DNA from: Gammaproteobacteria bacterium
Lineage (GTDB): Bacteria > Pseudomonadota > Gammaproteobacteria > Pseudomonadales > Pseudohongiellaceae
Assembly: GCA_002723195.1 (NCBI GenBank)
Contig: PBNR01000044.1
Location: 54,415 to 118,414, forward strand
DNA length: 64,000 bases
Direction: 5' to 3'
The notes beneath the pieces are model-generated. The model was not told the origin of the DNA, ran no database searches, and was given only the letters and a program-made list of their open reading frames with translations. The position numbers and the translations under genes were made by a program. Positions 1-8,605 of this stretch are shown in pieces. The first letter of the stretch is position 1. Every line of letters starts with the position of its first letter.

Positions 1-38
1 ATCTGGGCGTTTCATTTCCGGTAGATATATAAAACTGG

Positions 39-872
39 TTGCGAGTAAAAAAGGTACAGTTTATGAAACAAGGCTCCTTGTATGAAGCTCTCTTTCAGGT
101 CGGCGCGTTAATACTAGTTGTGATAATTGTACACGGGACTTATGTAACAGTAATTCGCCCAAGCGCAGACTTAATACAAGAGCAACAAGCACTGATGCAG
201 GAACAGAATCCAGAAATTGTTCCTGAAAGGTCTGTGTTCATTATCCTTCGCAACTACGAGCAAGAGTTCTGTATCATATTTTTTCTTTGGGCTGTCACTA
301 TCATCGGGATGAAAACACAGCACACTATACGTCAACGCAGTCTGTTAGATAGAACATTGATTCAGCTGCAAGAAGGCATGAGTATTTTGCCGGAAGACTC
401 ACGCAATATTGCACGGCCTGTGCAGGCATTGTCAGAAAAAGAGCGCGAGTATTTGTTACCTAGAGCTCTACTTGCCGGTCTTCATCGATTCCAGAGCACT
501 CAAAACATTCAGGCGGTTTCGTCAATAATTAAAGATACCTGTGAAACAGAGGCTGATCGTATGGAAACTGAGCTTACTATTGTCAGATATATTGCTTGGG
601 CAATCCCATCAATTGGTTTCTTAGGCACTGTGAGGGGTATTGGCACTGCCTTGGGGCAAGCGTATCAGGCCGTTGCAGGAGATATAGCTGGGGTAACTCA
701 AAGTTTAGGGGTCGCATTTAACTCAACCTTCGTGGCCTTGGTGGTCAGTATCTTTCTTATGTTTCTGTTGCATCAGTTGCAATTACTGCAAGACCGATTA
801 GTACTGGACTGTCAGAACTATTGTGATGAGAGGCTAATTAACCACCTGCAAGTCCCAGACAGGGGTGAGTAA
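39..872 (+). CDS. MotA/TolQ/ExbB-family proton-channel membrane protein (stator A-subunit-like). The ATG at 63 is a more likely start than the TTG at 39.
   Basis: The C-terminal half carries the family signature AIPSIGFLGTVRGIG ... LGVAFNSTFVALVVSIFLMF (cf. TolQ/ExbB GLLGTVxGI ... AL.TTa.GL.vAIP). It has four hydrophobic segments. It is the first gene of a tightly packed + strand cluster. Confidence 0.75.
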   Translation: MRVKKVQFMKQGSLYEALFQVGALILVVIIVHGTYVTVIRPSADLIQEQQALMQEQNPEIVPERSVFIILRNYEQEFCIIFFLWAVTIIGMKTQHTIRQRSLLDRTLIQLQEGMSILPEDSRNIARPVQALSEKEREYLLPRALLAGLHRFQSTQNIQAVSSIIKDTCETEADRMETELTIVRYIAWAIPSIGFLGTVRGIGTALGQAYQAVAGDIAGVTQSLGVAFNSTFVALVVSIFLMFLLHQLQLLQDRLVLDCQNYCDERLINHLQVPDRGE

Positions 873-891
873 TCTAAAAGGCGTGCGCTAG

Positions 892-2241
892 ATGTCGTTG
901 AAAGTAATAGAGCTAAACGACTGCGGTATAAAAGTCGGCGATGAAAGTGGCATCATTCTTGAAAGCCCAGGCTTTGCTTTGGTCACAGATGACAAAGTTG
1001 AGGTAGGGGAATCTGCTAAACAACATGCGCGTTTACAACCAACGAATAGTTTTAATAAATATTGGCACGAACTGAGTCTCGACCCGGTTTCTCAGAGCGA
1101 AAAAGTGCGCCATTATGCAGACTTGGCTTATGCACAATTACTGCAATTATCTGAGGCTGCAAAGATCGATAAAGACGTCATTTTTGCTGTTCCTGGCAAT
1201 TTTACCCGCCAACAACTTTCTATTCTATTAGGGCTTGTGCAGCAATGCCCTTTCGAAACCATTGGCCTTGTCGACGCTGCACTTGCTGCTTCAGTGTCCT
1301 TAGCCCAGTCTGAACACATTGTTTACGCAGACATTCAATTGCATCAGGTAGTAGTAAACAAGCTTACCGTTATTGGAGATAACGTTGAAACAGGTGGAGT
1401 CGTTCAGATTCCTGGAGTTGGTTACCAGAACTTTATCAACTTGATGATGCAGATTGCCACGGATATGTTTATCCAGCAGTGCCGATTCAATCCACAGCAT
1501 AATGCGGAGTCAGAACAACAACTTTACAATGAGATACCCTCTTGGTTGTTGCAGGGAGAAACGGAAAAGACCCTACAGTTGGAGCTTAAGAATGCAGGTG
1601 CGACTTATGTCGCTAAATTGCCTAGGGAAGCCCTCATTTCGGCGCTTAACGACTACTACACAAAAATTGTAGAACAGGTTCAAGCGATGGCTTCCACCAC
1701 TAATACACAACTTTTGTTAAGTGCCAATTTGGCTGAATTACCGGGGTTCCAATCTGCGGTTAAAAAGTTTAGTAATTTCTCCGCTGTTGAAGAAGATTTA
1801 GTTAACTATGCTTGTCACCAATACCGCGACCTTATCACGTGTTCAGGCCGAGCAATTCATCTAGTTCATAAGTTGCCTGCCGAGTCACAACATGGCGAAG
1901 CCTATAGCGATAATAAATGGGAATCTCAATCCGAGCACCCAACTCACGCGCTCTTTTCCGGTCGTGCGATTGCAATAGATAGGATAGAGATCAAAAACAA
2001 AACAAAATTGAATGGCAGTTTCCAAGTAGGAGCGGCCATTGTAATGAATATAGAGAGCCTTCCCGAATCACTCGGTCGTATAGAGAAGCGCGGGGAACAA
2101 GTGTATCTCAATACTGACGAACTAGAAGTATTTTTGAATGATTATCCAGTAACTGGTGAGCGTTTGCTGAGTCTTGGTGACCGTATTTGTTTTATCAAAA
2201 GTGGCGAGGAAATTAGCCTAATTCAGGTTAGTGATGGCTAG
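892..2241 (+). CDS. Cytoplasmic Hsp70/actin-fold-like protein with degenerate nucleotide-binding motifs and a C-terminal FHA-like region
   Basis: ESPGFALVTDDKVEVGESAKQHARLQPTNSF and IFAVPGNFTRQQLSILLGLVQQCPFETIGLVDAALAASVS line up with DnaK TPS.VAF...VG.PAKRQAVTNP.NT and [40 protein letters not shown]. The phosphate-binding motifs (DLGTT, DLGGGT) are replaced by ELNDCG and ADIQLHQ. The tail GRIEKRGEQVYLNTDELEVFLNDYPVTGERLLSLGDRICF has FHA-like spacing. There is no signal peptide or TM segment. Confidence 0.5.
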   Translation: MSLKVIELNDCGIKVGDESGIILESPGFALVTDDKVEVGESAKQHARLQPTNSFNKYWHELSLDPVSQSEKVRHYADLAYAQLLQLSEAAKIDKDVIFAVPGNFTRQQLSILLGLVQQCPFETIGLVDAALAASVSLAQSEHIVYADIQLHQVVVNKLTVIGDNVETGGVVQIPGVGYQNFINLMMQIATDMFIQQCRFNPQHNAESEQQLYNEIPSWLLQGETEKTLQLELKNAGATYVAKLPREALISALNDYYTKIVEQVQAMASTTNTQLLLSANLAELPGFQSAVKKFSNFSAVEEDLVNYACHQYRDLITCSGRAIHLVHKLPAESQHGEAYSDNKWESQSEHPTHALFSGRAIAIDRIEIKNKTKLNGSFQVGAAIVMNIESLPESLGRIEKRGEQVYLNTDELEVFLNDYPVTGERLLSLGDRICFIKSGEEISLIQVSDG

Positions 2242-3337
2242 TAATAGTAAATCTAACAGACGCAAAGTAAATCCGCTCAGCCTGGCCTTCCTTGATGTCA
2301 TGTTTTGTGGCTTTGGTGCTGTGATTTTGATTTTCCTGATACTCGATCATGCAAGCACGATGTCACCAGAAGAATCTAACCCAGAATTACTAGCAGAAAT
2401 CAATCTGCTAAATGAAGAAGTCAAACAAGGTGAGTTGGGCCTTGTTCGCATTCGTAATATTTTATCCGATGTGGATTTTGAAGTCGTTACAGCGGAAGGA
2501 TTAGCCCGTCAGATCATGGAACAAATCGATACCTTTCTGCAAGAACTTGCTGCCCTTGAAAACAGCAGCATGGCAACAGAGGAAGACTTAGCTAAGCTGC
2601 GTTCGGACATTGAAGCGCTGGAACAGGAGGTATTGCGCTTACAGGCCACCGCTTTTGAACAAGAAGGCAATAGTGTGCGTCAATTTCTCGGTGATGGCAA
2701 TCGGCAATACTTGTCAGGTTTATTCTTAGGTGGGCAACGCATTTTAGTTTTGGTGGACAGTTCTGCGAGCATGCTGGATAGCACCATCGTAAATATTATC
2801 CGCACCCGTAACATGAGCGATGAACTTAAGCGGAATGCACCTAAGTGGAAGCGTGTGGTTAGCACGGTCGATTGGATAAGCACGCAGCTGCCTGTTACCA
2901 GTCAATATCAAATTTGGAGTTTTAACACGGAAACTAATTCGGTTATTGAGGGCACTAAAGGGTTATGGTTAGAGGTTGCCGATAGGGACCAGCTCAATCA
3001 GGCGATCGAAAATGTAAATACCATTGTGCCTGCCGATGGCACTAATATGGAACAGGTTTTCAGGGCCGCCGCGAACATGTCACCACGACCCGACAATATT
3101 TTCTTAATCACGGACGGATTACCCACTTTGGACGACAGGGGTTCCTCAGATCCCTTGGTTACTCCAAAGGAGCGAGTAGCGTTATTCGAAGAGGCAGTAG
3201 AGGAACTGCCGCCGTCAATACCTGTCAATATAGTATTGATGCCGCTGGAAGGAGATCCCGCAGCTGCCGCAGTATTTTGGCAGTTAGCGCAGTACACTAG
3301 AGGATCATTTTTAACGCCTTCAAAAGATTGGCCCTAA
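2231..3337 (+). CDS. Membrane-anchored protein: ExbD/TolR-like Asp-containing TM segment, coiled coil, then a periplasmic von Willebrand factor A domain
   Basis: The basic N-terminus (NRRK) is followed by LAFLDVMFCGFGAVILIFLIL (cf. ExbD/TolR P.iDV...LLiFF). Residues ~50-145 are heptad-rich (EINLLNEEVKQGELGL...LRSDIEALEQEVLRLQ). The MIDAS motif is LVLVDSSASM (D at 2756-2758), followed by ADGTNM and IFLITDG. The start (GTG 2231 or ATG 2234) overlaps the stop of the preceding gene. Confidence 0.7.
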   Translation: MMASNSKSNRRKVNPLSLAFLDVMFCGFGAVILIFLILDHASTMSPEESNPELLAEINLLNEEVKQGELGLVRIRNILSDVDFEVVTAEGLARQIMEQIDTFLQELAALENSSMATEEDLAKLRSDIEALEQEVLRLQATAFEQEGNSVRQFLGDGNRQYLSGLFLGGQRILVLVDSSASMLDSTIVNIIRTRNMSDELKRNAPKWKRVVSTVDWISTQLPVTSQYQIWSFNTETNSVIEGTKGLWLEVADRDQLNQAIENVNTIVPADGTNMEQVFRAAANMSPRPDNIFLITDGLPTLDDRGSSDPLVTPKERVALFEEAVEELPPSIPVNIVLMPLEGDPAAAAVFWQLAQYTRGSFLTPSKDWP

Positions 3338-3423
3338 AATAGTATTGTAGGCGCAAGAAGCTAGATGTATCGATATACATATAAATTGGCCTTAAAAAAG
3401 AAGAGAGACATTTTTAAGTACTA

Positions 3424-4434
3424 ATGGCGAAACGTAAAAACAGAGAAACTGATTCTTTTTCCGTATCCTTCTTGGATGTAGCTTCTTGTGGATTTGGAGC
3501 AATGATAATTTTGTTGATGATTACCAAATCTTCCGCGCCAACAACATTAGAGGTTGTTCAAGATATAGTGCCGGAAGGCGCAGTTGCGCAGCTGCAGGAA
3601 CAGCTTTTCGAGATACGCGGCGAAACAACTGTTCTGAATCGTGATTTGAACGCGAAGCATGAACAACTTTCTGCGCTGAATGAGCGGATTGCCCGCTTGC
3701 GTCGAGACCTAGAAGACATTGAAGGGCGGTATGCCACAAGCAAAGACTTGTCGGACGAAACGACAGATGAGTATGGACGCCTAGCATTAGCGCAGCAATC
3801 CTTGACAGACGAGATGCAGCGCTTGCTGGCCAATACTCGAGCACCTGATAACAACGCTATCGGTGGAGTGCCTGTAGATAGCGAATACATTATTTTCGTT
3901 ATCGATACATCGGGCAGCATGTTTCAGAATCCTAGTTGGGACAAAATGCTGGGCGTAATTGAAGATACATTGGACGTCTACCCTGAAGTTAAGGGAATAC
4001 AAGTAATGAATGACATGGGCGATTATATGTTTGATTCCTATAGAAGCGAATGGATTCCTGACACACCAGGGCGACGTAATCAGATTATTTCCACGCTTCG
4101 AACTTGGAACCCCTACAGTAATAGCAGTCCGGTGGAGGGTGTAACGCGGGCTATCGATACTTTTTACGAGCGAGATAAAAAGATTAGTATTTATGTGCTT
4201 GGGGACGATTTTCAGCCGGGCGGATCCATCCGAAATGTTTTACAAACCATAGATCGGATCAATATCGAGGATGAAAATGGAGACAGATTGGTTAGAATCC
4301 ATGGAATAGGCTTTCCTACTATTTTCGCGGGCCCTAGACGCTTTCAACAGAGTGTTTATCGATATTCGACCTTAATGCGGGAGATGACACAGCGAAATGG
4401 TGGTACATTTGTGGGCTTGAATGATTATCAGTGA
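3424..4434 (+). CDS. Paralogous membrane-anchored ExbD/TolR-like TM + coiled coil + vWA domain protein
   Basis: It has the same architecture as 2231-3337. The N-terminus is basic (KRKNR). The TM segment is VSFLDVASCGFGAMIILLMI, with its Asp at 3475-3477. A coiled-coil stretch follows (LQEQLFEIRGE...LNERIARLRRDLEDIE). The MIDAS motif is IFVIDTSGSM, with D at 3904-3906. Confidence 0.7.
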   Translation: MAKRKNRETDSFSVSFLDVASCGFGAMIILLMITKSSAPTTLEVVQDIVPEGAVAQLQEQLFEIRGETTVLNRDLNAKHEQLSALNERIARLRRDLEDIEGRYATSKDLSDETTDEYGRLALAQQSLTDEMQRLLANTRAPDNNAIGGVPVDSEYIIFVIDTSGSMFQNPSWDKMLGVIEDTLDVYPEVKGIQVMNDMGDYMFDSYRSEWIPDTPGRRNQIISTLRTWNPYSNSSPVEGVTRAIDTFYERDKKISIYVLGDDFQPGGSIRNVLQTIDRINIEDENGDRLVRIHGIGFPTIFAGPRRFQQSVYRYSTLMREMTQRNGGTFVGLNDYQ

Positions 4435-4483
4435 TTTGCATTTAATACCAGCGGACGGCAAATGGGATTTGAAGGAAATAGTT

Positions 4484-5110
4484 ATGAACTTATTTAATAC
4501 CTCAATTAGCGCCATTCGTACCAAATTGTCAATTCTGTATTTAACAGGGTTACTTGTAGCTTGTGGAGCGAGTAATGTAGTAATTCAGGGGAATTTCCCA
4601 ACGCCAAATATTAATAAAATGCCATTGTCTGTCGCCGTTTATTACGACGATGCGCTGCGCGGATTCTCTTACATGGAATACAGTGAGACTGGCCGCGAAG
4701 AAATTAATATTGAAAGCGGTGAGTCCCATATTCGGTTATTTGATGCTGTACTGCCAGCTATGTTTGATCGAGTGGTAAACATAAATAGCCTCGAAGATGC
4801 CGTTAGTCAGAATGTAGATGCCGTTTTTGCTCCGGCTATCGAAGAATTCCAACTTGCGTTGCCAGCTAAAACTAAGCTGGAACTTTACGAGGTCTGGATA
4901 AAATACAATATGCGGTTGCTTAATTCCGAAGGTGACTATATAGCGGACTGGGTACTAACGTCCTATGGTAAGACGCCTCCAGAAACATTCCGCTCAGTAG
5001 AAGATGGTATTAACGAGGCGGCTATCGTTGCACTAAGAGATCTTGCTTCCAGCTTTTCATTAAGCTTTGCGCAGGTCCCAGAAGTACGTGATTGGTTAAA
5101 TAAACCCTAG
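4484..5110 (+). CDS. Lipoprotein of unknown function (start moved to the ATG at 4484; the track ORF starts at 4421)
   Basis: MNLFNTSISAIRTKLSILYLTGLLVACG is a signal peptide with an L-V-A-C lipobox. AAGGA lies 9 nt upstream of ATG 4484. I recognise no family motif. Confidence 0.55.
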   Translation: MNLFNTSISAIRTKLSILYLTGLLVACGASNVVIQGNFPTPNINKMPLSVAVYYDDALRGFSYMEYSETGREEINIESGESHIRLFDAVLPAMFDRVVNINSLEDAVSQNVDAVFAPAIEEFQLALPAKTKLELYEVWIKYNMRLLNSEGDYIADWVLTSYGKTPPETFRSVEDGINEAAIVALRDLASSFSLSFAQVPEVRDWLNKP

Positions 5111-5136
5111 AGCGAGATGCTCGAAATAGTGTCGTT

Positions 5137-5811
5137 ATGATAAAGAGTGAAATAGCAAGTGTGATAAACATAGGCATCATATCATTAGTGATGGTTTTTT
5201 TTGCTTCCTGTACTAGCACCACTGTTGATGAATTTCGTCAAGGTGAGACAGGCATTGAGAGTGGCGAGTCTATCGTAATCCTTGGTCGTCGACAGGCCAG
5301 TGATTATGAAACACGATCAGAGTTTGTTGAGTGTGTTGGTGATCGGATGCGGCGTGGACAGAACGCGATCAACGTTGTGCCAGAAAAAGAATTTGTCGAT
5401 GCAATGTTCCCTTGGTTTGAACCGCGCACTGCACCCTTGCGCCCTAGTGGCCTAGAACAACTTATGGCAGAGGACGCTGTCGCCAGCAAGATAAACGACT
5501 TCGGTATTCGCTACATAATTTGGATTGATGGCTTTACTGAAACCAGTGGTCGAGCGGGATCGATTTCCTGTGCTGTTGGACCAGCTGGTGGTGGGTGTTT
5601 CGGGTTTGGCACATGGGAAGACGACGCTAGTTTTGATGCATTTGTATGGGACATCGATTCATTAAGAAACGTTGGGACAATAAACGCAGACGCTACCGGA
5701 CAATCCTATCTGCCCGCACTCGTGGTACCTATTCCTCTCTTGGCGCGAGTTGAGGAAAACGCATGCAGCCGTTTAGCGACTCAGCTCAAAGATTTCGTTA
5801 AGGGCAGCTAG
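5137..5811 (+). CDS. Lipoprotein of unknown function
   Basis: The N-terminal signal IISLVMVFFASCTS has a lipobox Cys. It lies 26 nt after the previous gene and 4 nt before the next. I recognise no family motif. Confidence 0.55.
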   Translation: MIKSEIASVINIGIISLVMVFFASCTSTTVDEFRQGETGIESGESIVILGRRQASDYETRSEFVECVGDRMRRGQNAINVVPEKEFVDAMFPWFEPRTAPLRPSGLEQLMAEDAVASKINDFGIRYIIWIDGFTETSGRAGSISCAVGPAGGGCFGFGTWEDDASFDAFVWDIDSLRNVGTINADATGQSYLPALVVPIPLLARVEENACSRLATQLKDFVKGS

Positions 5812-5815
5812 CACT

Positions 5816-7333
5816 ATGAATAAGCGGAGCGCCTCAAATATCTTCAATTTACGGATTATAGATGTGAATTCCAAAGTGATTTTAGTACCCATTACTGCCT
5901 TGATGGCTTCAATACTTTTTTCGTCTTGTGCCGTTAATCCAGCTACAGGTGGCGCTAATTTGGTTTTAATGACAGAAAATCGCGAAAAAGAAATCGGACT
6001 CGAAGAACATGAAAAAGTAATGTCTTCCATGCCCTTTTCCGAAGATGAGGAACTGGTTGCTTATGTACGTGAGATTGGCCAGAAGATGGCAGATGTAAGT
6101 CACCGGCCAGACCTTGAATATAAGTTTTATGTGATCGACAGCCCAGAAATAAACGCCTTTGCTTTGCCGGCTGGCTATGTTTATGTGAATAGAGGGTTGC
6201 TTACTTACATGAATTCAGAAGCCGAACTTGCCGCTGTTCTGGCTCATGAGATTGGTCACATTACCGCACGTCATGCCGTGCAGCAACAAGCAAGAGGTGC
6301 GTTAGCGCGAGGCGCTGCGGTAGCAGGTGGTCTTGTGGCCGGCATTGCCACGGGCAGTGGTTACGCGGCATCACAAATAAGTGAGGTTGCATCAATCTGG
6401 GCGCAAACAGGCCTGTCCGGATTTGGTCGTGAGCATGAATTGGAAGCGGACAGTCTTGCCGCAGAATACTTAGTTAGGGCTGGTTATGACCCTGCGGCCG
6501 TGATCGATGTGATTACAGCGTTAAAGAATAATGAGGATTTTAATCGTCGCGTATCCGGCGGTGGTGGCACTTACCATGGATTGTTTGCCACTCATCCGCG
6601 AAATGATCGTCGCTTGCAAGAGGCAATTGCACAAGTAGGTCAGTTAAATCAGAATGAAGTTGCCGCTTTAAACAACGACATATTTAGACAAAAGCTGGAT
6701 GGGTTGATTATTGGGCAAAGCAATGCCTCCCAAAGAACCGATCAGCGCAATCGCTATTATCAGGATTTGCTCGGTTACACCTTAGTATTTCCAGACGATT
6801 GGTCTATCGATGAAACTACTACTACGGTAACTGCAGTTTCCCCTAATGTGGGTAAGTTGCACATCGAAGCGCGGCGCCTACAAGGCAATATAGAGCCACG
6901 AGTATTTATAAGAGACAATATGGGCGTGGAAAACCTCCAAAAATCTGAAGCTTTATCTCAGTATCGTTTAATAGGACATACAGGAACTGCGGTTAACCCT
7001 GATACCGGTAACATAGAACGAATCGCTACTTTGTATTTGGGTCCTCGTGCATTGACTTTTCGGGGTGAAATCATTGACAGCGCTAGTTTAAACGAAATCG
7101 ACGATATGCTCCTAGCATCCATTCGTTCCTTTCGAGCAATTCAGCAAGGTGAAGTAGTAGCAGGAAATGAGATGAAGATTAAATATGTACAAGCTAGCGA
7201 ATACTTCGATTTTTCAGTTATCGCCCAGCAAAGCAAAATAGCCAACTTCCCGGAAGAAACTTTGCGTCTAATTAATGGCTACTATCCGACCGGCAACCCA
7301 GATGCAGGCGAATGGATAAAGTTAGTTGAGTAG
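5816..7333 (+). CDS. M48-family zinc metallopeptidase, predicted lipoprotein, with a ~200-aa C-terminal domain of unknown function
   Basis: The HExxH motif LAHEIGHITARH is at 6245-6259, with a downstream EHELEAD third-ligand region typical of M48 (LoiP/BepA/HtpX-like). The signal peptide is ALMASILFSSC, with a lipobox Cys. Confidence 0.8.
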   Translation: MNKRSASNIFNLRIIDVNSKVILVPITALMASILFSSCAVNPATGGANLVLMTENREKEIGLEEHEKVMSSMPFSEDEELVAYVREIGQKMADVSHRPDLEYKFYVIDSPEINAFALPAGYVYVNRGLLTYMNSEAELAAVLAHEIGHITARHAVQQQARGALARGAAVAGGLVAGIATGSGYAASQISEVASIWAQTGLSGFGREHELEADSLAAEYLVRAGYDPAAVIDVITALKNNEDFNRRVSGGGGTYHGLFATHPRNDRRLQEAIAQVGQLNQNEVAALNNDIFRQKLDGLIIGQSNASQRTDQRNRYYQDLLGYTLVFPDDWSIDETTTTVTAVSPNVGKLHIEARRLQGNIEPRVFIRDNMGVENLQKSEALSQYRLIGHTGTAVNPDTGNIERIATLYLGPRALTFRGEIIDSASLNEIDDMLLASIRSFRAIQQGEVVAGNEMKIKYVQASEYFDFSVIAQQSKIANFPEETLRLINGYYPTGNPDAGEWIKLVE

Positions 7334-7544
7334 CAAAAAAAAGCGGTATTTCTTCAAAAAGCCAATGGTAGCCTATATCTGAGATTTACTTCCTGAAAAC
7401 CATGATTTTTCGGGGCGCGAGTCGCTTCTCTTAACTAACAAGTGTTGTCTCGCATTATTAGATGGGCACTAAGCTTGAATTATTAATGTTGCCAAGGAAG
7501 GTCCTCGGGAAAAAAATAAAAAGCCTAAGCTTCAGGTTTTAGTT

Positions 7545-8588
7545 ATGGTTGAGCCAGCTACAAGAAATATTTTGGTAATCGGGCCTTCTTGGGTCGGGGA
7601 CATGGTGATGTCTCAAGTCCTTTATAAGAGTCTTAAGGAACAGCACCGCAATAGCCACATAACCGTATTAGCTACAAACTGGGCTCGGCCAATTCTAGAA
7701 CGTATGCCAGAAGTAGATGACACTATGGATTTGGAAATTGGCCATGGTGAACTGCGCCTTTCAGATCGTCGAAGTTTAGGCAAGTCTCTCCAAGAGCTCC
7801 AGTTTACTCAAGCTATAGTACTGCCGCTTTCTTTTAAATCTGCGTTGATCCCATTCCATGCGAATATTGGAATTCGCACGGGTTGGCGAGGTGAGTGGCG
7901 TAATTTATTGCTAAACGATTGCCGCGCGCCGAACGATGAGCTATTTCCTCTAATGGTGCAACGATTTGCAGCATTAGCGTATGCAGAGTGCGCAGAACCA
8001 CCTAAAAAAATCCCCAAGCCCAGATTAGTCACTCATCCAAAGAAAGTGCAGGATTGCCTTAGTAAATTTAATTTGCAAACTGAATCTAGAATTCTTGCTA
8101 TTTGTCCTGGAGCGGAATTTGGAGAAGCAAAACAGTGGCCTCCGGAGTACTATGCCGAATTGAGTAATGCCATGCTGGCCCAAGGTTGGCAGATTTGGAT
8201 ATTTGGTTCGATGAATGATGAGCTAGTTACTGAAGCTATTTTGGCAGATATAGGGCAGAGCCATGCGGAGAAATGTCATAATCTGGTTGGCAGGACGAGC
8301 ATGGCAGAGGCCATAGATCTGATGTCTGTCGCCAGTATTGCCGTATCTAACGATTCCGGGTTAATGCATGTCGCTGCAGCCCTAGATATCCCGGTGGTAG
8401 CAATTTATGGATCAACATCACCGGACTTTACGCCACCATTTGCGGAAAGGGTAAAATTGCTGACTACTGACATAGAATGCCGGCCTTGTTTTAAGAGGAA
8501 GTGTCCGTATGGCCACTTGCGTTGTCTAACAGATCTTAAAGCAATAGAGGCCATAGAGTCAGTGCATTCATTATTAGTTCATAAATGA
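7545..8588 (+). CDS. waaF: ADP-heptose:LPS heptosyltransferase II
   Basis: NILVIGPSWVGDMVMSQ matches E. coli WaaF KILVIGPSWVGDMMMSQ. The length fits GT9. It is followed by waaC-waaG-waaP. Confidence 0.9.
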   Translation: MVEPATRNILVIGPSWVGDMVMSQVLYKSLKEQHRNSHITVLATNWARPILERMPEVDDTMDLEIGHGELRLSDRRSLGKSLQELQFTQAIVLPLSFKSALIPFHANIGIRTGWRGEWRNLLLNDCRAPNDELFPLMVQRFAALAYAECAEPPKKIPKPRLVTHPKKVQDCLSKFNLQTESRILAICPGAEFGEAKQWPPEYYAELSNAMLAQGWQIWIFGSMNDELVTEAILADIGQSHAEKCHNLVGRTSMAEAIDLMSVASIAVSNDSGLMHVAAALDIPVVAIYGSTSPDFTPPFAERVKLLTTDIECRPCFKRKCPYGHLRCLTDLKAIEAIESVHSLLVHK

Positions 8589-8605
8589 GATAGGGATAGT
8601 GATTA

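Noticed and set aside
39-4434. Reading the MotA-like cluster as a flagellar stator, Tol-Pal, ExbBD-TonB or Zorya defence system
   Set aside because: No OmpA-like peptidoglycan-binding domain, ExbD periplasmic domain, TolA/TonB partner, Pal/TolB, or ZorC/ZorD-type (nuclease/helicase) gene is present. The MotA-like protein also lacks a long ZorA-type tail. The vWA fusions do not fit any of these systems.
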